A DNA stretch of 64,000 nt from Basidiobolus meristosporus CBS 931.73 (lineage: Eukaryota > Fungi > Basidiobolomycota). The notes beneath the pieces are model-generated. The model was given only the letters and a program-made list of their open reading frames with translations. It made no database searches and was not told the DNA's origin. The translations under genes and the position numbers were made by a program. The stretch is taken from contig MCFE01000468.1 of NCBI GenBank assembly GCA_002104905.1, positions 1 through 64,000 of the forward strand, given 5' to 3'. Below, one piece after another: positions 1 to 12,397 of the stretch (positions are counted from its first letter, which is position 1; the number at the start of each line of letters is the position of its first letter).

Positions 1-478
1 CACAGGATATTATGGAAAAGAGGATTTACCATCATGGTGCTACGATTCTTCCAATAGAATGCAGACTATATACGGCATATATAGGAGGATTTGCGCCGCA
101 AAACCAGCTCCAGATATTAAGGGATCTACCCTGGTCTCTTGACCAGCAAAACCGAAAGCAAAATAGGCTATGATGACTTCACAGCCTCAGTGTCATGCAC
201 TCAGTCTTGGGTGCTATCGAGAAGACTTGATCAATCAGGTGCTACGGTATTAAATACCGGTCCCTATATACTTTTTCATTTGCACTTGCATGTTCCAGTT
301 GTAACGAGCACATGTCAAAATCTAATCACCTACGCATTGGACGAACTTCAGCATATATGGCTGCGGACAATCTACGCCCCCGTGACTGCCGCAAACTGAT
401 ATGGTGGCTTGTTTGGATGAATCAGGAAGGCGGCAGCACATACATAAACCAGCACCTGAACGAATCGATAGATACATC

Positions 479-1323
479 ATGTCCGCCACATTTAATTTTG
501 AAGGAAAAGTGGTTGTAGTCGCCGGAGGTTCAAGCGGTGTTGGCTTGGCAGTTACCCAAGCGTTTTCGAAGGCCGGAGCCAAAGTTCATATCGCCGCCAC
601 GAACGAAACAAAAGGGGCGGCGGTTGCGAAGGAAACCAAAAACGTCGTTTTTCACCAGTGCGATTTAACCAACCCAAGGCAGATTCAGAAGTTGGTAGAT
701 GAGGTGGTTTCTGAAGACGGTGGTTGTGATATCTTGATACCAGCTGCTGGGTATGTGACTAGTTCGAAGGTGGAAGAACTCCCGGAGAAGACATGGAGGG
801 ATGCAATTGACTTGATGTTGACAGCACCCTTCCTACTGGCGCAGCATTTTCTCCCGCCTATGTACCGAAGGAAATGGGGACGAATTGTGAACATTGGTAT
901 TTGATGCCCGCTCTATCATACCCATGGCCAGTGAGCTGCTTACAAATTAATCCGATATATTTAGGCTCTGCAGGTTCATTACATGGGCTTCCCACGAAGG
1001 TTGCATATACATCAGCGAAGCATGGGCTGATTGGGCTCACCAAGGTCATAGCACTCGAGGCAAACGAGCATGGTGTAACCTGTAACTCTGTTTGCCCGAC
1101 ATATATCCGAACCCCACCTATCGAGGAAATGATCAGCCAGATGTCACAGGAGCAAAGCAAAAGTACAGAGCAGATTATACAGGAGATTGCCCCTGATACT
1201 GGATGCAAAAGACTACTCGAGCCCTCTGAGGTTGCCAACTACGTACTCTATCTCTGTACTGACTTGGCAGCAGGTATCAATGGTTCGGCCGCTACGATCG
1301 ATTGTGGCCACAGTGCTCTATAA
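479..1323 (+). CDS. Short-chain dehydrogenase/reductase, 3-hydroxybutyrate dehydrogenase-like; 2 exons (intron 897-964)
   Basis: ATG at 479 (MSATFNFEGKVVVVAGGSSGVG, Rossmann GxxxGxG). GT-AG intron 897-964 joins the ORFs into ...GRIVNIGSAGSLHGLPTKVAYTSAKHGLIGLTK (catalytic YxxxK). C-terminal VTCNSVCPTYIRTP resembles BDH-type SDRs. TAA at 1321-1323. Confidence 0.88.
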
Positions 1324-1750
1324 TTGCACACAACACTCCTATGATCCGACTACCTGGCTGATAATCCACTCAAGCCTACGTATATGTTTCCGAGTAGATC
1401 GCAACATGAAGCTCCATTCTAGCCAGACCGCTGGTAAGATCGGGTTGCTTTCCGGCATGCTCTCGATATGGATGGCCAGCATGCATCTTACATGGATGTA
1501 CTATTCGGCTGCAATCGTCTTCGTAACCCAATAAACGGCAGCTCTTGCAAATTACTGAATTTGAAACGAGCCGCAATAAAGCATGCCGATTAACTTTTAT
1601 GTACACAGCACACACGATACTAACATCTGAAGTTAATTAATGAGAACATTTTACAAGTAGATTGACTTGCCCCATAATGATGGAGCACTATGGTGGTACG
1701 CAACCCTTAGGGTTACACAGTGCCCAGCAGACGGTTTGCAGAGTCGTATG

Positions 1751-3108
1751 CTAGCACTCTCCATCCCGTACACCAGCTGTGGGGCATGCGTTGGCTTTGC
1801 ACAATGGGCAATATCGGTTGATAAGCAACCATTCATCCAGGCATTGCTGATGGAAATGGTGCTTGCAGTGTAGCCTGCGAATCAACTCCCCGTCGCTATA
1901 TTCATCAAGACAGATAGTACACATGGCTTCCTCTGGATCGGCGAGCCTGAACTCAGCCAGATCTGTCACTCTATTGATATCTACAAACTCCTCGGCGTGA
2001 TGTTTCTTCCTCGGATACAGTGCGGACTTGAACTTCTGAAGCACCTTGAATCTCGAGGATGGTTTGGTCGCGGCGTCATATACAGCATCGGATGGATTCG
2101 AATCAACCGACGGGACCGAATTGTCGCGGCGGTATTTCAAAAGGGTGATGGTTTTGATCTCCTGCGGTTTAGCACCAGTGTTGTTCTCTGGGCCGATGTG
2201 GAACATTCGCATAAACACAAGGGCGCAAGGTAGGCAAAACACCGCCGCCCCGCAAAGCAGTACTGGAATGGCCACCAGGAAGTAGCCCAACACAACCATC
2301 ACCAGGCTCATTCCAAATAATGAGGGGGAAGTCATCTCGCAGGAGACGCTGGTGAACAAGAAGTAGTTCCCCAGGATGAAGATGAATGCTCCCAGAAAGT
2401 CTAGCAGCGACTTCACTCTGGATAATGTCGATGCAGTCAGTACTATACCCGAGAGATTTCTGTACTTGTGCCAGTACGATCAAGGGGACCAGTACTAGTA
2501 GCGCTTACCTGTCAGCCCATAGGACCCATGTGCTGGAGGAGTATTGAGGGTAGCGTCCATCCGGGTGTAAGTAGTGAACCAACATCAGTGGAACGCCAAG
2601 GCCGCACTTGACGGTGTGTAAGATGAGAAACACGTTCAATGGTCTATCGCAAGTCTGTTTCCGACTTATTATCAACACTGCTATCATGGCCACGAGCTAT
2701 GCAAGAGTGTTTGGAATTAGCCAGCCAGCACGGACACTCCTGTGTATCCAGATCACTTACCAATGAGACTGAGAGACTGAAATTAACTATCAGCATGATA
2801 CGGTTGGTTGTTGAGATGGCTCGATAGTTGTCCCGGATATGGCTTAGTATGTTCCTTCTTGTGAGGACCACATTATGAACTGAAGGAGTATGCAATGCCG
2901 CTGCATTCGTACCAGGTGGTGGGAGTGAGAAAGGCTGCTGTGTAAAAGCGGGGGCTTGCGGGGGATTGGTTTCGGTGACAGAGTTCATGGTCAACGTGTC
3001 TGGAGGGTGTGAAGAAAGTTTAGAGATGGGGTGGTTGGGCTCTGGGGTGCTCTCCGGCACTGTTTCGATGTCGACCGGGCCAGAGTCAGCGGGACTCTTT
3101 AAGCACAT
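1751..3108 (-). CDS. Transmembrane RING-H2 E3 ubiquitin ligase; 3 exons (introns 2697-2760, 2460-2508)
   Basis: Two GTAAG...AG introns join ORFs 2644-3108, 2505-2693 and 1751-2416 in frame. Several hydrophobic segments and a C-terminal CTICLDEY...LHCKHHFHQQCLDEWLLINRYCPLC RING-H2. Confidence 0.9.
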
Positions 3109-4691
3109 TATGTATCTACAGGGTGGTACAGTTATCTAACGGATTAGTCTGCGACTACAGGGCCGTGAGATCTCCGATGAGGCTTTATTTCTGCTGTGGA
3201 CGGTGAGCGAAAGAGGCTAGGTTTGAGCAGGATGGTTGCCTTGGCTCTCATTAAAATAGCTTTCGAGTTGCGAGCTGCGTTACCATATCCAATGGTGAGG
3301 TTCAACCGATCCCGAACGGTACATGTCAGTATGGCCAAATTAATATTCCCGGAGTGGCAAAATTCCTCCCCAGCTGCCGTATATTTGTATCCAGTTAGTA
3401 GCTTGTAGCGGATTAAGAGAAACCGACCTTTGGCCAACGTCGATTTTCAGGTAGTTGGTTTATCCCCGCAAATCGGGATCCGTCATGACGTCACCGCCAG
3501 ATGATATCCAAATGAAAAAGCCAGAGGTGACTTGGCGCAGCTGTAAAAAACGCTAATGCATGGGCTAGGGCCGCACAAGAACCTCGCTCCGCTGCTCTGC
3601 TCAAGGTGAATTTCATCAAATTGCCATCAGAGTTACGGCTGCAACGCCAATGCAGAGGTCAACCATTTGTCATCGAAAACCCATCTCGTTTCGCCCCAGA
3701 CAAATCAATGCAGCTGTAATAACCCAACCCCACGCTCCACACAAGGTCTTACACATCGGCAACTGATACGCTCCGGCATCCATGTTATGTTCGACCAAGT
3801 ATAGTTAGCAAGAACAGAAAAGCATGCTCTGGACGTTCAGTGCTTCTCCTAATTCCCGACAAATATAAAGCGTATACAGAATAGCAAACTATAGGCTGCT
3901 TGCCGGCCACATACTGATCGGGTGTGGAATCATCTCGGCAGAGCGACAATGTAAAATCCATCACGTGCGTTCTAGACGCCCAGCTCATCTTGATCTAGTC
4001 GGATTTGTGACTAGCGTCTGCACGGTGTGTAGGGTGGATTCCATATACTGGACTAACCTCATGGCATAATCCTTACCTTTGGTGATGCGGCAGCCATGAT
4101 GTTAATAGACGTGCACATGGGTGTTGCCGCTTTTGTGGCGTGTAAGGAGAGACATACCTACACTGCACTCGGCCTCTTGACGAAAATAGCTGAGGGAGCA
4201 CCAGAAACCTGGATCGTGAACCGAAAACCCGTGGCTGGCCGAATACTGCGCCAGGCTTACCAAGCGGACGATGGAGAAGTGATCATGAAAACCGCTCTGC
4301 AGCCATCTACAATGGAATCGGCAACCAGCTGAGGAGACAGTCCAAGTGGAGCTGTCAAAAGCCGGATAACAAGGTGATTGAAAATCACCATGCATTCATC
4401 ATACCAGTGTGGATGAGGCAAATCTTGGCTGGTTTCGGCGGACTTACAATAGTTGATTTATAATGCACATATAAGCCAACTACTACTGCATTAGTAAGTC
4501 CTCGAACTGGAATCAGAGAGGATGTCGATATTTTTGAGGATATTTAGGCATTCATGGAGATTTTGGTTGGCTCTCATTATTCAGGTAGTACAACCCAATG
4601 GAAAGATTCGATGGAAATTTTCCCATTTCACATCTTATAAATTCCAGCCCCATCTTCACACAGGTTGTTATTCTTGAAGTCGAGGTTTAAT

Positions 4692-5318
4692 ATGAGAGCT
4701 GTTCGTGTGCAAAATCCTGAAGAGTTCGATCAAAAGCTTGGTGAACAGTTAGACAACAACGTTCAGCATTTGTTCGTCTTGTTCTTTGGTATGTTTTCCC
4801 CGTCCCAATTACGGCTTCATTTGTGCTGAATCTCTTCCGAAGGAACTGAGGATCCCGCCACTAACGAATCCTGGTGCCCTGACTGTGTGATTGGTATGCT
4901 ACTTACTGTGCTCTGTTAAAAAAACACTCAAGCTTAACCTATTACTGCGTAGCTGATCCTGCTGTTAGAAGAGCAGTCTCCAAGATTCCCGACTCTGTTA
5001 TTCTAGAGTGCCCTGCTGACAGACAAGCCTGGAAGTATGAAAAATGAGGACTTGTGTTAAGTACAGTGCGAATGTTGCTAACTCCGTTTTGCTTAGGTTC
5101 GGCTCGGAGCCCCATCCTTATAAGGTGCGTGAGGATATCAAGCTTGAGAGACTTCCCACACTCATGCGCTGGGGCAAGGTAACTTGACATATAGCGAGTT
5201 CGAAGAGTATGAGCATTAATCAATCCATGTTTAGAACGGAGTTATTAGCCGACTTGTCGAAGAAGACTGTGCCAAGCCTGATTTGCTCGAGAAATTTGTG
5301 AACGAGGCTTTGCAATAA
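4692..5318 (+). CDS. TXNDC17: Thioredoxin-like protein, TRP14/TXNDC17 (DUF953) family; 5 exons
   Basis: Introns 4789-4842, 4894-4952, 5035-5096, 5179-5234 (all GT-AG) give MRAVRVQNPEEF...LFVLFFGTEDPATNESWCPDCVIADP...LERLPTLMRW...LQ*. WCPDC is the diagnostic active site. Missed by the ORF track because exons are short. Confidence 0.9.
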
Positions 5319-5760
5319 ATTGACTCGCCTCACTTCCGAGCAATCCATCTTAAAATAGTCGAATAAGTTCGTAAAAACCCATTATGCCATAAGCATGTAA
5401 AAGAATAAATCTAGGCACTTCGTCTGTAATTATCTATTTACATGAATCGAGTTCAACAGTCAGCATTCGATTTGCTTTAATCCTTTAAGCGAGTATAGGT
5501 TTGCTGAGCTCCCTAGCTGCCTTTCGCCCGCCTTGAGATTCAGTGCTGCTGTCGTTGAAAACAAATATTCACACCATTTGTTGACCAAGCTTCCTAACTA
5601 TTGTTTGGCAGTGTGTCGGATTAGCCCGCCACACGCAAGAATATATTGAAATTGGGTCGGAATTAAACGTATGCCTGATGATGTCCATTTCCCTCTTTAT
5701 TAGTTTACGAACGATACTTCCTTGGTCCCGTCGGTGAGAGCTATTGTGCTCGATGTAGAA

Positions 5761-6614
5761 CTAGGGATTTAACTCTTCCATAACCCAGGAACTCTCATTT
5801 TTAACATAGACTCTTCTTTCATTGGGCTTCTTCAGTAACTCCACATGGTCCAATGTATCCGGGGCCACAATAAGCAAAGCGAAATTTTCGATGCTTTTGG
5901 TTACTTGGTCCTCTGGGCTTCGACCTTCCTCCACTTTGGAAGTGAATCCACTATCCGGAGCAGTTCTGGGTGCGCCTGGCTTTGGCCAAGTAAAGCTGGC
6001 CTTCATGCCGGGGCTCATGGCTTTCCACACAGCCAACCTTTCCTTTTCCCAGTCGAAGCCCCCAGAGAAGTTCTGAAAATGTGCATCCAACTCAGGATAT
6101 GCTCGACAAAGCTCGTGGTTGCTTGACGGGATGATGTATGCTTTTCCGGAGAACCGGAATTGTTCGTTGGTCTCAGGCAACCACCTGAAATGATCCTGTT
6201 TAGTCTGAGCTCACCAACAACATTTAGGTCAGGCCTTCTTTACCAGCATACTTCGCACCAAGGATTGGCCATGATTTCCTGTACTTTGGTGGACTCTATA
6301 TGCGTAGTGAACTGTAATAAGTCTGAAGTAGCATTCGGAGCAAGATCGTCTGAACTGGCTTCTCCGGAGAAGCCGCGAAAAACTACTGTACGAACTGTAG
6401 GCCTTCCGGCGGCGGATATAGTGGCCAGTTGGGTGAAGACTGGATGTTGTTAATTGCAAGCATAAAAGGGTGGCAATATGACCTGGTTTTGAGTACGAGC
6501 GGGCGAGGCCCTGACTTAAAATCAGCTCTACATGGCCTTACCTGCATCTTTATGCTTTTTAAGATTGCTCTCCAAAGTTTTTTGGAGAACTGCTTTCCAA
6601 GGGGCGTGCGTCAT
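5761..6614 (-). CDS. Pyridoxamine 5'-phosphate oxidase-like FMN-binding protein (Alr4036-type); 3 exons
   Basis: Introns 6440-6541 and 6185-6243 give MTHAPWKAVLQKTLESN...FTQLATISAAGRPTVRTVVFRGF...EVCWWLPETNEQFRFSGKA...RRVY...WVMEELNP*, matching the family motifs QLAT, RP..RTVVFRGF, EQFR, ELNP. Confidence 0.88.
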
Positions 6615-8427
6615 GAGGTTTGAAGATGCTTTCTGTAGTACTCTGCTAGGAATTTCGGTTCTTTCCATATATACGGGAATATCACCTCGGTAGTAATGAC
6701 GTCAGATTATTGGCCTACTCACCAACAAAATAACGTAGTTGGGTGGTAATCTGCGGGCAACGCTGGCGATCGAGATCACGAGGCAGAACTTTCTGACAGT
6801 TGACTGGAATCAGATGGCTTCGAGCATCGAGTATTGTATTGGCAGCATTTTTAGACGTCGCTCCATGTCGCTCGCGCCGTGGAGGGTCGGTCAGAGTCAC
6901 AGATCAATCTGATTATTCTGATTGTCTATAATTTCCGGTACAGATTACTACAGAAAATGATGTTGAATGACCATCTCCGGAATCAGCCAACCAGACAGGG
7001 AAGGATGCACATTGCATTAGGAATAGGTGAGTTTCGCAACATCAGCTTACCATCGACCTACGCACAAACATAAGTGATACGGCAGACGGGTTGGTGGGTT
7101 TTCGTGACATCCAGCTATAAGGGCAAACTGGCGTGCCTTTGAGCACCTCCCACAAGCACCGCCGGTGGAATCCTCTGTTGATGATAGAGTTAGGCATTGA
7201 AAAGAAGCGGGGTCTTACCTGCCTTGTTTATTTAGTGATTTTCATGAAGTTTCACAGAATAGTGTGGTTGCATAACAAGGTGGGAATTGAGATCATTCAT
7301 ATCGCCAGCAGGCTCTTGAGTAACCCTAGGAATTGCAAAATAACCGGATTCTCATCACAATCTGGAGTCCCTAGGTGCTTCTGTCTCATCATGGTCTGTA
7401 TGTCTGTAGTCTGAGCCCTGAGGCCTCTACAGAGTGGTTACAAATGCCTATATAAACACCCAGAGTGCTCGTCGCAACACCGGAGGAGCAGAGGCGACGA
7501 CGGCTTGGACTGATCTACATCACCTTACCACCGCTTTACTAGAAACACTGCTACCTCGTCCCAGCCGATGGATTGATATCGAAATGCTGTTGATGTAAAG
7601 ATAGACGGAGGTCGTACAACTCAGTGGTTGATTGACATTGTTCTCAGGCTGATATCATCGGTCTGGCTGATGTTTCGGATCCTATCAGACTCCCGGGTTG
7701 TGATCACAACCCAAAGCCTGTGTTATCCAGTATTGTATATAGTAAATGGTCCCATGGCCCATCTATCAGTACCGAAACCTAAACAACCCTGTATTCCGAG
7801 TTCATCTGTAAGGTGGCACGAACGTTCTCTTGGGAAATGTTTCACGAAGGATGATGAAGCGTGTAGACTCCCTCTGTTCAACCTACTGAACCCCATCACC
7901 TGATCTCTCGGGTAATTATGCCTTAAGCAGTCAACTTAGCAATCCAGCCTTCACCCAAGCTCTCACCGAACACACCTCCCATCCAAAGCCGAGCCCACCG
8001 GCTTGTGCACGAAAGCGACTGTTGGAGGCCTCCACGTAAATGGACACATATAGATGGAGCAATAATTAATTAATCGACTTTACTGCTGGTTGAATCATAT
8101 CTCTATGGATGCTACTACTCATGGATGAGCCATTCCCATTGCGAGTGATGGGGCTACGCAAGAGCAGTGAGCATGCCGACAATGCGGTTGGTGAGTAGAT
8201 TGGCAAGGTGGGATGAGTAGGCCCAATGACCAATTGGTTGAAACTATGTGCATGAAATTATTCGTTGGCAGAAGCCATATATAGATTTATCTCCGAGAGT
8301 CAACCAGGCCTTTACCAGAAACCGGCTCAGGATTCATCGATATTTTTCCGGTGGCTCTGATGGATTCGACTTGGACTCAGCGGGCATCGCATGTGTGGTG
8401 GCCAGGACCATCAATGGTGCCCTTGGT

Positions 8428-9567
8428 CTAGGTGGCCTCCTCCCCCTCTGGTGTCGACATTTTCACTCCCTGCCGCGCGTTGACTGTCACCTTAGGGCTG
8501 ACGTAGCGACAGTTGGAGCGGTGTCGCTTCATGGCATCTAGCCGACCAAAGCTTCGGTTGCACTTGCTACAGCGGTATGGCTTCAAATCCATGTGAGTCT
8601 TCAAATGCCGCCTCAGATCGTGGGCAGTGTTGAAGTACTTGTAGCAAAGATGGCACCGAAAAGGCCGCTCTGGGGAATGGATACGGTAATGGGAATTCAG
8701 GGTGTTCAGGGAAGTGAAGGATTTTTTACAATTTGGGTGTGTACAAGGGTATACCAGTTGACTATTATCTAGGAGTTTGGTGGGCGCGGTGAAGGTGACG
8801 TTGGAATACTCGGAATATTCTGGGATTGGGTTGGAGAGAATATATGGGGTGAACTCGGCTCCTCCTGTTTCCGTGGAGCTAGCGCAGCTCTCCTCGGAGT
8901 TGCTCAACACAGAGGTTGGGAACGGGGCTTCGTAGCTCCGAGGGGTTTCAAAGTCCCAGGGTAAGAAGTACGGATTCTCCGGGAGGGAGAGAGGCAGAGC
9001 CAAGGATTCGGACGCGCTGGTTGGGGAGACTAATGTGCTCATCTGGAGATTAAGTAGATTCAGACCTGTTGGTTGGGTGAAACTACCAGCGCTAGTGTCT
9101 TCGCCGAGTTCTACTGTGGAATTGAGGGCCTGCATCGGTACGGGGACGGAAGGAATAAAGGTGCCGAAATCAGGAATGAGGGTCAATTGTACCCGTGGTG
9201 AAGGATCCAGGAAGTAATTTGAGCACTGAATGAAGGTCGGGCCTGAATTGCATTCCGAGGAATCCAAAGCCTCGATCGCTTCGGGGAAATGACTCTGGAA
9301 AACTAGGTTGGTAGGAAAGTAGACTTGTGGAGTAGAAGACGTTGGGGCCAAGACGGAGTCGATGGGGAAGGTAGAGGCTGCTGGAGTTGCGGGGGTCGCC
9401 TCAGAGCCAGATGCAGGATACCCGTCAGATAGAGTGGTCAAGCCATGAGGCGGTGAAGGGTAGTTTCTAAAATGAAAAGGCAAATATGTATCAAGCGAGC
9501 TCATATCAGGTCCAGTCATATCTATCAACCAGCAGCAATTTGAAAGATGTCGGGATACTGGTAGCAT
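8428..9567 (-). CDS. C2H2 zinc-finger transcription factor (three C-terminal fingers)
   Basis: 379-aa ORF, Ser/Pro/Thr-rich N-terminus, then YPCTHPNCKKSF...HYRIH-SPERP-FRCHLCYKYF...HLKTH-MDLKP-YRCSKCNRSF. Start codon ambiguous (first or later Met). Confidence 0.88.
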   Translation of the reverse strand: MLPVSRHLSNCCWLIDMTGPDMSSLDTYLPFHFRNYPSPPHGLTTLSDGYPASGSEATPATPAASTFPIDSVLAPTSSTPQVYFPTNLVFQSHFPEAIEALDSSECNSGPTFIQCSNYFLDPSPRVQLTLIPDFGTFIPSVPVPMQALNSTVELGEDTSAGSFTQPTGLNLLNLQMSTLVSPTSASESLALPLSLPENPYFLPWDFETPRSYEAPFPTSVLSNSEESCASSTETGGAEFTPYILSNPIPEYSEYSNVTFTAPTKLLDNSQLVYPCTHPNCKKSFTSLNTLNSHYRIHSPERPFRCHLCYKYFNTAHDLRRHLKTHMDLKPYRCSKCNRSFGRLDAMKRHRSNCRYVSPKVTVNARQGVKMSTPEGEEAT

Positions 9568-11082
9568 CTTTATATGAGATTATATATCCTGCTCTAATTC
9601 CCCCCCCCAATGTTACACTGGAGGATTATCCAAGCCAGCTGGAGTGACCTAAACATACGGCCCGTGCCATAACCAAGATAATCAAACAATTTGCAACCTT
9701 ACCAGATGGATGCCGGATAAAATGGAAATGATCTCGAAACCGCTGCTGCAATCACTCTCCAATCCGGTCCACGAATATTTAAGCTACGGAAACCTGAATC
9801 CAATCAGTCATCGGGTATGAGTAGACCGGTGATAACCCACAACAGCACTCTCAAGGGACTTGGAAGATTCTCTCTCAGCCGAGTGTCTTAATTCCATGAC
9901 GAATGTAAGGAATCATTACGCAATTAGCACCTATGGTCAGAACACTTGATTGAGCTATTGAATTTGCTGCACGTAACACTAAATTTTCCTGATTCCCTGT
10001 TTCGTAAATCCTCCTGGACTCCTAGCACTGGAGTGCTGGAGATTCGCGACTTGTTCCATGGTGCTTATAGCAAATCCTAGGTCACAAAGTAGGCATTAAC
10101 AGCAGGCGTCCTGAAAGCTTGTACGTAGTAAGTGCCCTTCAGTCTTTACCTTATGCAGATTAGTCGGTGGATTGCCATCCCCGAGCGGGTAGTGGGTCGC
10201 TCACTAGAGCGCAACTTCCCACCGATGTTAAGCGCTCAATGTTTCACGTGACAGTTACTCCGTCCATGGCAACGCTAGATGTGCTGCTCACTCAAACAAT
10301 CTCGTTCAATAAGACTTGTTGGGGTTAGTATTGACTTACCCCACTGTCGAGTGCCTATCTGCGTGATCCCCGTTCTCTTCCCAACCAGCACCACATAGGA
10401 CACCTACTCTTTCCCTGCGCCATTGTTCATCTTACACACATTCAATGGCATTGTGGGTTGGGCTCAAAGCACCACCATCACTAGCTCAAGTCACCCTGGA
10501 TGGTCTTGCGCTAAATCCCAAGCTTATCGATTCTTCATCTCGAGCGAGGCTCGCTGCTGAACAACTTCGTGAGCTTTGCTTAGCGCTACGGTGCATACCG
10601 GACTCTTCATATGGCACAATGATTATAAATTACACGACCATCTTCTTGGTTTGTACCACCTGCCTATCCAATCAATTGAAGCACTGATATGGGATCTCAG
10701 TCATTCTACAATAGATGAACTCGGTCGCATACCCACCCCGATTGGCCGTTTCCATTTATTTTAGGATAATTGGCTGGCCGGAATTGATCCCGCATCCTGA
10801 CGAATTAGTACCGAACAGTAATGTTTGGAATCACGCCATTCACAAGCGTCTAAATATAATACGCGATGTGCCCAGGGTTGTGTCAAATCATATCGGCATC
10901 CATTCTCAGTGTTAATTAATGTGATAAGCTTTGTTGATGGATAGAAAACGGGCGATGGGCGAGTCATGTGACGCGACTGTTGACTCTAAATTGTGCAGCT
11001 ATGTATCAAGAGAAGAACCAACCACCTGTTTTCCATAAATATCGATAGCTTTAAAGGAACATCTAGAACTCTCAAGCTCCAG

Positions 11083-11817
11083 ATGATGGGATATTCATCT
11101 GAAATAGTGCTAAATGTTGGAGGGCAGTACTTCACCACCTCGTTACCTACGCTACGCTCCGTTCCAGATTCTATGCTATGCACCATGTTTTCTCCGGAGT
11201 GGTATGCGCTCTTCAAAAAGCAAAAGAGACAAAGTTTCGCCGAATGCAACGAAAGCAGCGACTCTCGGCTGGCTAAAGAGATTCCATTTATAGATCGAGA
11301 CCCGGGTCTATTTCGTACCATATTACACTATCTTCGAACGCGACAGCTTCGACTGGAACTGGCGACCCCTACAGAGGATAAAATAACCACCATCGGGGCT
11401 CTCCGCGATGAGGCTCGCTTTTTTGGGCTACAGGAGCTAGAGCTGGAGCTTGAGAAGAGGAGGAAGAGCGTTTGGTACGTGTCCTCGAAAACCACCAAAG
11501 TCGTTTTAGCGATAGTGATAAGGGGTTCTGACCGCGCCTTCCATTTCAATAAGGAGCTGGTACAGTTCTTGCCGCTGTCCCAACAAACCCCGACCATGAG
11601 CAAGTTGTCCACAGGTGACTTTTCGCTCGAGGGATTTGTAGGCTTTCAGAATCACGACCAACTGGCACACGAGTTGTTTCGGTTTCGAGAAGATTCAAAA
11701 CAGGTGGTTCATAAGATCCTCCAGCTGAAGGAGAGTGAGGGGTTTGGTCTGGCCGGAATTGGGGTATCGAAGATCTCACCCAGTGAAAAGTTTTGGGTTC
11801 TTCTCAAGCGACCGTAG
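11083..11817 (+). CDS. BTB/POZ (T1/KCTD-type) domain protein
   Basis: IVLNVGGQYFTTSLPTL...SMLCTMFS...FIDRDPGLFRTILHYLRT...LRDEARFFGLQEL is a canonical KCTD BTB. First ATG at 11083 within ORF 10993-11817. Confidence 0.85.
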   Translation: MMGYSSEIVLNVGGQYFTTSLPTLRSVPDSMLCTMFSPEWYALFKKQKRQSFAECNESSDSRLAKEIPFIDRDPGLFRTILHYLRTRQLRLELATPTEDKITTIGALRDEARFFGLQELELELEKRRKSVWYVSSKTTKVVLAIVIRGSDRAFHFNKELVQFLPLSQQTPTMSKLSTGDFSLEGFVGFQNHDQLAHELFRFREDSKQVVHKILQLKESEGFGLAGIGVSKISPSEKFWVLLKRP

Positions 11818-12397
11818 GAAAGCGGTTGAGCTATCGTAGTGCCGACAGCTACGAACAGAAGGCACCAAACCAGAGCATACATAGAAATACATCATGATTT
11901 GAATGTGCAGACATGAAACTCTTCCATCATATTCATTAAAGGATTCACCTCAACCGGAATTCCATCAGAATTTCCCATAGAAACGGGGTTGTTTTGAAAC
12001 CATGGGTATTCTCGACAGGGTAAATGAACGGAACGCTCATCGAGGGTTTGTGTGCCAGGTACGCACATGATTTGTGAAGAATCCCTCTAGATCAAACAAA
12101 CCAAGTAGTCAACGAGAAACCCACTATTTCAACGGACCCGTGTAACGTTTGATAAGGGACCCGCCAATACCGGAGTCTGCAACGGTATGGTTTCTTGAAT
12201 GATTTAAAGTAATTCTGGCTGAATTTGGCTCGCACAGATCTGAATCTTAAATATGCCGAATTTGCCGTCTTTTCCATTTGGGGTAAATAAGTTCACTATT
12301 GGAGTCATGGTTGATTTTTTTTTTAGCGCCGTGACCTGACAAAAACCTTCTCGGCCTTCCCTCCACACGCTAAGGCTCCCGCTTCCTGTCAGTGTCA

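Noticed and set aside
1-478. Short overlapping ORFs and one possible intron (~246-298) upstream of the SDR
   Set aside because: No recognisable domain or consistent spliced frame; may be the tail of an upstream gene or intergenic.
6900-8400. Several 60-97 aa ORFs and a TATAAA near 7450
   Set aside because: No motifs or coherent exon chain found.
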